DNA from: Leucoraja ocellata
Lineage: Eukaryota
Direction of reading: 5' to 3'
DNA: 64,000 bases
Assembly (NCBI GenBank): GCA_036785375.1
Contig: JAWMAR010000023.1
Location: 7,440,001-7,504,000 of the forward strand
The notes beneath the pieces were generated by a model. That model saw nothing but the letters and a program-made list of their open reading frames with translations. It was not told where the DNA came from and ran no database searches. A program made the position numbers and the translations under genes. Shown in pieces: positions 61,501 through 64,000 of the stretch. How positions within the stretch are numbered: the stretch's first letter is position 1; every line of letters begins with the position of its first letter.

Positions 61501-62953
61501 ATTATCTCCCTGAGTTATTAATGTCCATAAGCTGGGCTTAGATTTGATTTCTGATGTCCAACTGTTTCTTTTCCAGAGTCTGCTCCTTTGCCTAAATTCT
61601 ACAGCATTCTTTCTCATGAGACTTCCGATGATGACAGGAACAGATTAGATGAGATGGTGAGAAGCATGGAATTAAGTTTTCCACATCCTGGAAATCTTGT
61701 AAAAATATTTTTAAATTGTTTTTAATCTTGAATGATAATCATGCAAATTGGATACATCCAAGAGGTGATTCTTTATCCGTTTGGTATAACATTTATTTCT
61801 ATTATTTCACTTATTTTTCCATTTATTCTTCAGGTCTTTGATGTCCTCTATGGCGGTGCTTTAAAGTATGATGACTTGTATTCATCCCTAATCTTGCTGT
61901 TGTCAGCTGGCTCACAGTTTGATGCACTCAGGCGTGAAGAGCACAAGAATGCAACACCTGTGGTAAGTTCAAGGAGTGTATATCTCATAGCCTCAGCCCT
62001 CACAAGAGTCTGCAGGGGGCCATTGGACATGAAGGAGCTGTTCGCTGTATTCTGTCCCTATCCTTTTCTTTGTCAGGTGCTTAGCAACTTGTAGAATGAC
62101 TGCTGTTTCCACGTAAAATGAGTGCTGAGTCTTCAAAGACTTCAATCAATTGAAATCTTTGAAGACTCAAAGATTTGAAGTCTTTGTCATGGGGCCCATT
62201 CGACTCTACTGTATAGCTTAAATTTATGGTTTCTGGTTCTGACGCAAGTCACTATTTATCCCAGATGGGAATTTCGATGAACTTTGAATGTTTTGAAGCA
62301 CAATTATTACTTGGTCCTGGGCGTGGGGGATTGTCGGTGTGTTTCCCTGCAACTCCATGTAACCTCTTTACTGTCGCTATCCTCCTCCTCCACCACCCCT
62401 GGCACCAGGCAGTTCCAGGCACCCACCATTCTCTGTGTGTAAAAAAAAAAACCTGCCCCACACATTTCCTTTAAACTTTGCTTCTCTCACCTTAAAGCTA
62501 TGCCCTGTAGTTTTTGATATTTTCACCAGAAAGGTTTCTAATATTCATCCGTGGTTTGTTTCACAATGCTCCTAAAATGTAAGCATCCCTACAAAATGGG
62601 GTTCTCTGCTACATTATTGAGTTGTGTATGATCTGTTGAAAAATAGGCTTCCATTTAATGAGGTTTGCATCAGATGTAGAATTAACCAGTTCCGTTTTTC
62701 AGTTGGCCTATGCTTTACGCTGCACGTCGTTTTGTTATAATTTTGTTCTCTCGTTGACTTTTCCTTCTAGGAAGCTTGCTCCATTCAGTATTACTTCTTA
62801 ATCTTGTGGAGGATCCTAGGAGTTGTGCCTCCATCAAAAGCCTACGTTAATCAGGTGGCAATGAGCACAGCGGAGCTTAGTGAATGCGACATCCTGCATA
62901 CGCTTCGATGGTCATCGCGCCTTTGTATCAGCTCCTATGCAACGTGGATCAAG
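31138..62953 (+). CDS. UBR4: E3 ubiquitin-protein ligase UBR4 (p600), 5' part: coding exons 1-23, 1043 codons; continues beyond the window
   Basis: Exons: 31138-31271, 40566-40663, 41155-41258, 41972-42101, 42808-42947, 43792-43894, 45118-45259, 45508-45632, 47372-47493, 48468-48527, 49865-50055, 51129-51228, 52004-52141, 53191-53308, 54048-54235, 54610-54769, 55676-55761, 56426-56595, 57711-57993, 60020-60164, 61577-61656, 61834-61962, 62771-62953. The sum is 3129 nt, open frame, all GT-AG. Peptides match vertebrate UBR4: [78 protein letters not shown] and [17 protein letters not shown]. Confidence 0.97.
31758..31785 (-). ncRNA. Minimal hammerhead ribozyme core in a Penelope-type terminal repeat
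   Basis: The minus strand reads CTGAAGA-A-GGGT-CTCG-ACCC-GAAA-CG-TC: CUGANGA box, stem II, GAAA box, palindromic ACGU helix III and UC cleavage site. Confidence 0.65.
32228..33712 (-). mobile_element. 5'-truncated CR1-type LINE (RT pseudogene) interrupted by a SINE
   Basis: Minus-strand RT motifs [28 protein letters not shown] and [11 protein letters not shown] with frameshifts. The 3' tail ends near 32228, and a SINE is inserted at ~32355-32631. Confidence 0.9.
32355..32631 (+). mobile_element. tRNA-derived SINE (HE1-like), near full length
   Basis: Box A tggtggcgcagcggtgg, box B gggttcgatccc and the CR1-like 3' tail gggccaaagggcctgtttccacgctgtat. Confidence 0.85.
34785..35180 (-). mobile_element. 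CR1-type LINE 3' end, degraded
   Basis: Reverse complement of [10 protein letters not shown]-coding and gatcagccatgat 3' UTR sequence. Confidence 0.7.
35650..36275 (-). mobile_element. Degraded AP-endonuclease region of a Rex1/Babar-type LINE
   Basis: The minus strand reads [27 protein letters not shown] and [34 protein letters not shown], which are APE motifs including SDH. Confidence 0.75.
37298..39468 (+). mobile_element. Young 5'-truncated CR1-type LINE, ORF2 reverse transcriptase with in-frame nonsense codons
   Basis: A single frame runs to 39379 with [45 protein letters not shown] and FADDTK. Stops at 38432-38437 (TGA TAG) and 38726-38728, with no frameshifts. The 3' UTR ends in ttctatgtttcta. 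Confidence 0.95.
42165..42745 (+). mobile_element. CR1-type LINE 3' fragment with nested Penelope-type repeat (~42550-42640)
   Basis: HLEYCVQF-like coding remnant and CR1 tail, with an internal gacacaaaatgctggagtaactc...cttcagact segment. Confidence 0.7.
42609..42636 (-). ncRNA. Minimal hammerhead ribozyme core in a Penelope-type terminal repeat
   Basis: The minus strand reads CTGAAGA-A-GGGT-CTTG-ACCC-GAAA-CG-TC, with the core intact. Confidence 0.62.
44440..44802 (+). mobile_element. Retroposed insert with A-rich tail and 14-bp TSD (probably the 3' UTR of an L1-clade LINE)
   Basis: Perfect direct repeat ataaatatgaggct at 44426-44439 and 44803-44816. The body is pyrimidine-rich, with AATAAA and an (aaat)n tail. 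Confidence 0.8.
45850..47150 (-). mobile_element. Old, degraded CR1-type LINE
   Basis: Minus ORF remnant [27 protein letters not shown] (RT motifs). Confidence 0.7.
49275..49438. mobile_element. Fold-back palindromic Penelope-type insertion with ~14-bp TSD
   Basis: Inverted arms around gtttcgggccgaa, with a deletion in the right arm. The flanks are tgtcaaccgattgt (49261-49274) and tgttaaccgattgt (49439-49452). Confidence 0.8.
50590..51010 (-). mobile_element. CR1-type LINE 3' end
   Basis: Reverse-strand cctatgtcctctggttcttgattc (SRTRGHR) and the CR1 tail ggaaacaggcccttc. Confidence 0.75.
56609..57410 (+). mobile_element. Young CpG-rich non-autonomous retroelement with internal 21-bp minisatellite and Rex-like 3' stem-loop tail
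   Basis: High CpG content, unit ggagctgtggctgcgggactc repeated ~5 times at 56974-57078, and the 3' end ttcagacc-gaaa-ggtctgaa-tgacaataaa followed by short tandem repeats. Confidence 0.7.
56974..57078 (+). repeat. 21-bp minisatellite, 5 copies
   Basis: ggagctgtggctgYgggactc at 56974, 56995, 57016 and 57037, with a diverged copy at 57058. Confidence 0.9.
60800..61157 (+). mobile_element. CR1-type LINE 3' end
   Basis: gaatcgaggaccagaggacataggttcaag...gggccgaagggcctgtttccacactgt. Confidence 0.85.
61181..61380 (+). mobile_element. Degraded Penelope-like element ORF fragment (Cys-rich linker leading into the GIY-YIG endonuclease)
   Basis: Translates [21 protein letters not shown] and [36 protein letters not shown], typical of vertebrate Penelope/Neptune ORFs. 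Confidence 0.7.
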
Positions 62954-63014
62954 GTATTAACAAATGAAACGCCCAGTGGTGTGTGGTGCAAAAGTGCAAA
63001 GTATTTGTTTAGTT

Positions 63015-63305
63015 GCAGCATGAAAGCCGGCTCTTCTGCCCACTGAGCCCCTGCCAACCATCGATCACCCGTTCGCACTAGTTCTTTACCCACCTTTGCA
63101 TTGATTCCTTACACATTAGAGGCAATTTACAGAGGCCAATTAACCTATAAATCTGCATGTCTTTGGAATATGGGAGGAAATTGGAGCACCTGAAGGAAAC
63201 CCACACAGTCGCAGGGAGAATATGCAAACTCCACACAGACAGAACCCGAGGTCAGGATCAAACCCGGGTCTCTGGCGGCTGTGAGGCAGCAACATCTCTA
63301 CCAAC
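63015..63305 (-). mobile_element. tRNA-derived SINE (HE1-like)
   Basis: Reverse complement of the SINE seen at 32355-32631 (caggatcaaacccgggtctctggcg...). Confidence 0.75.
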
Positions 63306-63774
63306 TGGCCTATTACATGTCAAAAATAATCTCATTTTGTGAATATTTATATGTCGGGAAACTTGATGTTTTGAAGAGCCAAGTATTGGACCAGGAGAGA
63401 AAGACATGAAAAACGTAGAATTGTTGCGAGGTTTAGATTGTTAGTTCACACCATATCACAAAGTATTCAAATATTGCTTTATGGCTATATTTTACCTCGT
63501 ATTTTCTCTGTTTTCCTCTTTTGATGCTGCTTAATGCCAGGTTTACCCTGTTCATGCCAAAATTGTTCTACGTCATCATCGAGGCAAATAACCAGTAGTG
63601 TCTGCACCATTAGGGTGCAGAACACAGTCCTGCCCAAATCACTGTACGTTTTTCAAAGAAGCTGCCAGACATCGCTGAGCAACAATTGGGAAACAAGCGA
63701 TTATATTCACATGGATCATTTACTGCTGCCTTAGCCTTTACCTCTGCATCAACCTTTCATCTATGAGACACTAA

Positions 63775-64000
63775 AAGCCATGTCCCACTGTACGAGTTCA
63801 TTCAAGAGTTCTCCCCGAGTTTGCCCTGATTCGAACTCGGAGATTTACGGTAATGGCCGCTCGCTCGTAAGGCTCTCGTGGACATTTTTCAACATGTTGA
63901 AAAATCTTCACGAGTCTTCCCGAGCTTACCTGCCGTTAGCGAGTCTTTCCGAATATCTGCCATTAGCGTTACGAGCCACTAAGAGACGTCCCCGAGCTTC
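63775..64000. mobile_element. Probable PIF/Harbinger-type MITE, left part (cut by the window end)
   Basis: TAA followed by the terminus aagccatgtcccact. The body is CpG-rich with an internal palindrome tcgtggacatttttcaacatgttgaaaaatcttcacga. The right TIR is not in the window. Confidence 0.55.

Noticed and set aside
63534-63734. Possible next UBR4 exon after a pyrimidine tract and cag at ~63540
   Set aside because: The translation does not resemble the expected UBR4 continuation, so the next exon probably lies beyond the window.

Overview
Vertebrate genomic DNA, most likely from a cartilaginous fish (skate or ray, inferred from HE1-type SINEs and the CR1, Rex and Penelope repeats). It carries the conserved MRTO4(-) / EMC1(+) / UBR4(+) gene block. 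The first 3 coding exons of MRTO4 lie on the minus strand, head-to-head with a complete EMC1 gene (22 constitutive coding exons, 959 aa, plus a candidate 9-nt neural microexon). The first 23 coding exons of UBR4 follow (1043 codons, continuing past the window). All exons were read by hand with GT-AG boundaries and consistent phases. Introns are full of retroelement fragments. The most interesting signals are (i) the EMC1 microexon with SRRM3/4- and RBFOX-type motifs, (ii) small Penelope-derived elements that carry minimal hammerhead-ribozyme cores and repeatedly insert as fold-back palindromes with ~14-bp target-site duplications, and (iii) an ATG-bearing minisatellite in the bidirectional promoter. 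I see no evidence for a wholly new protein-coding system. Most ORFs in the supplied track are spurious or repeat-derived.
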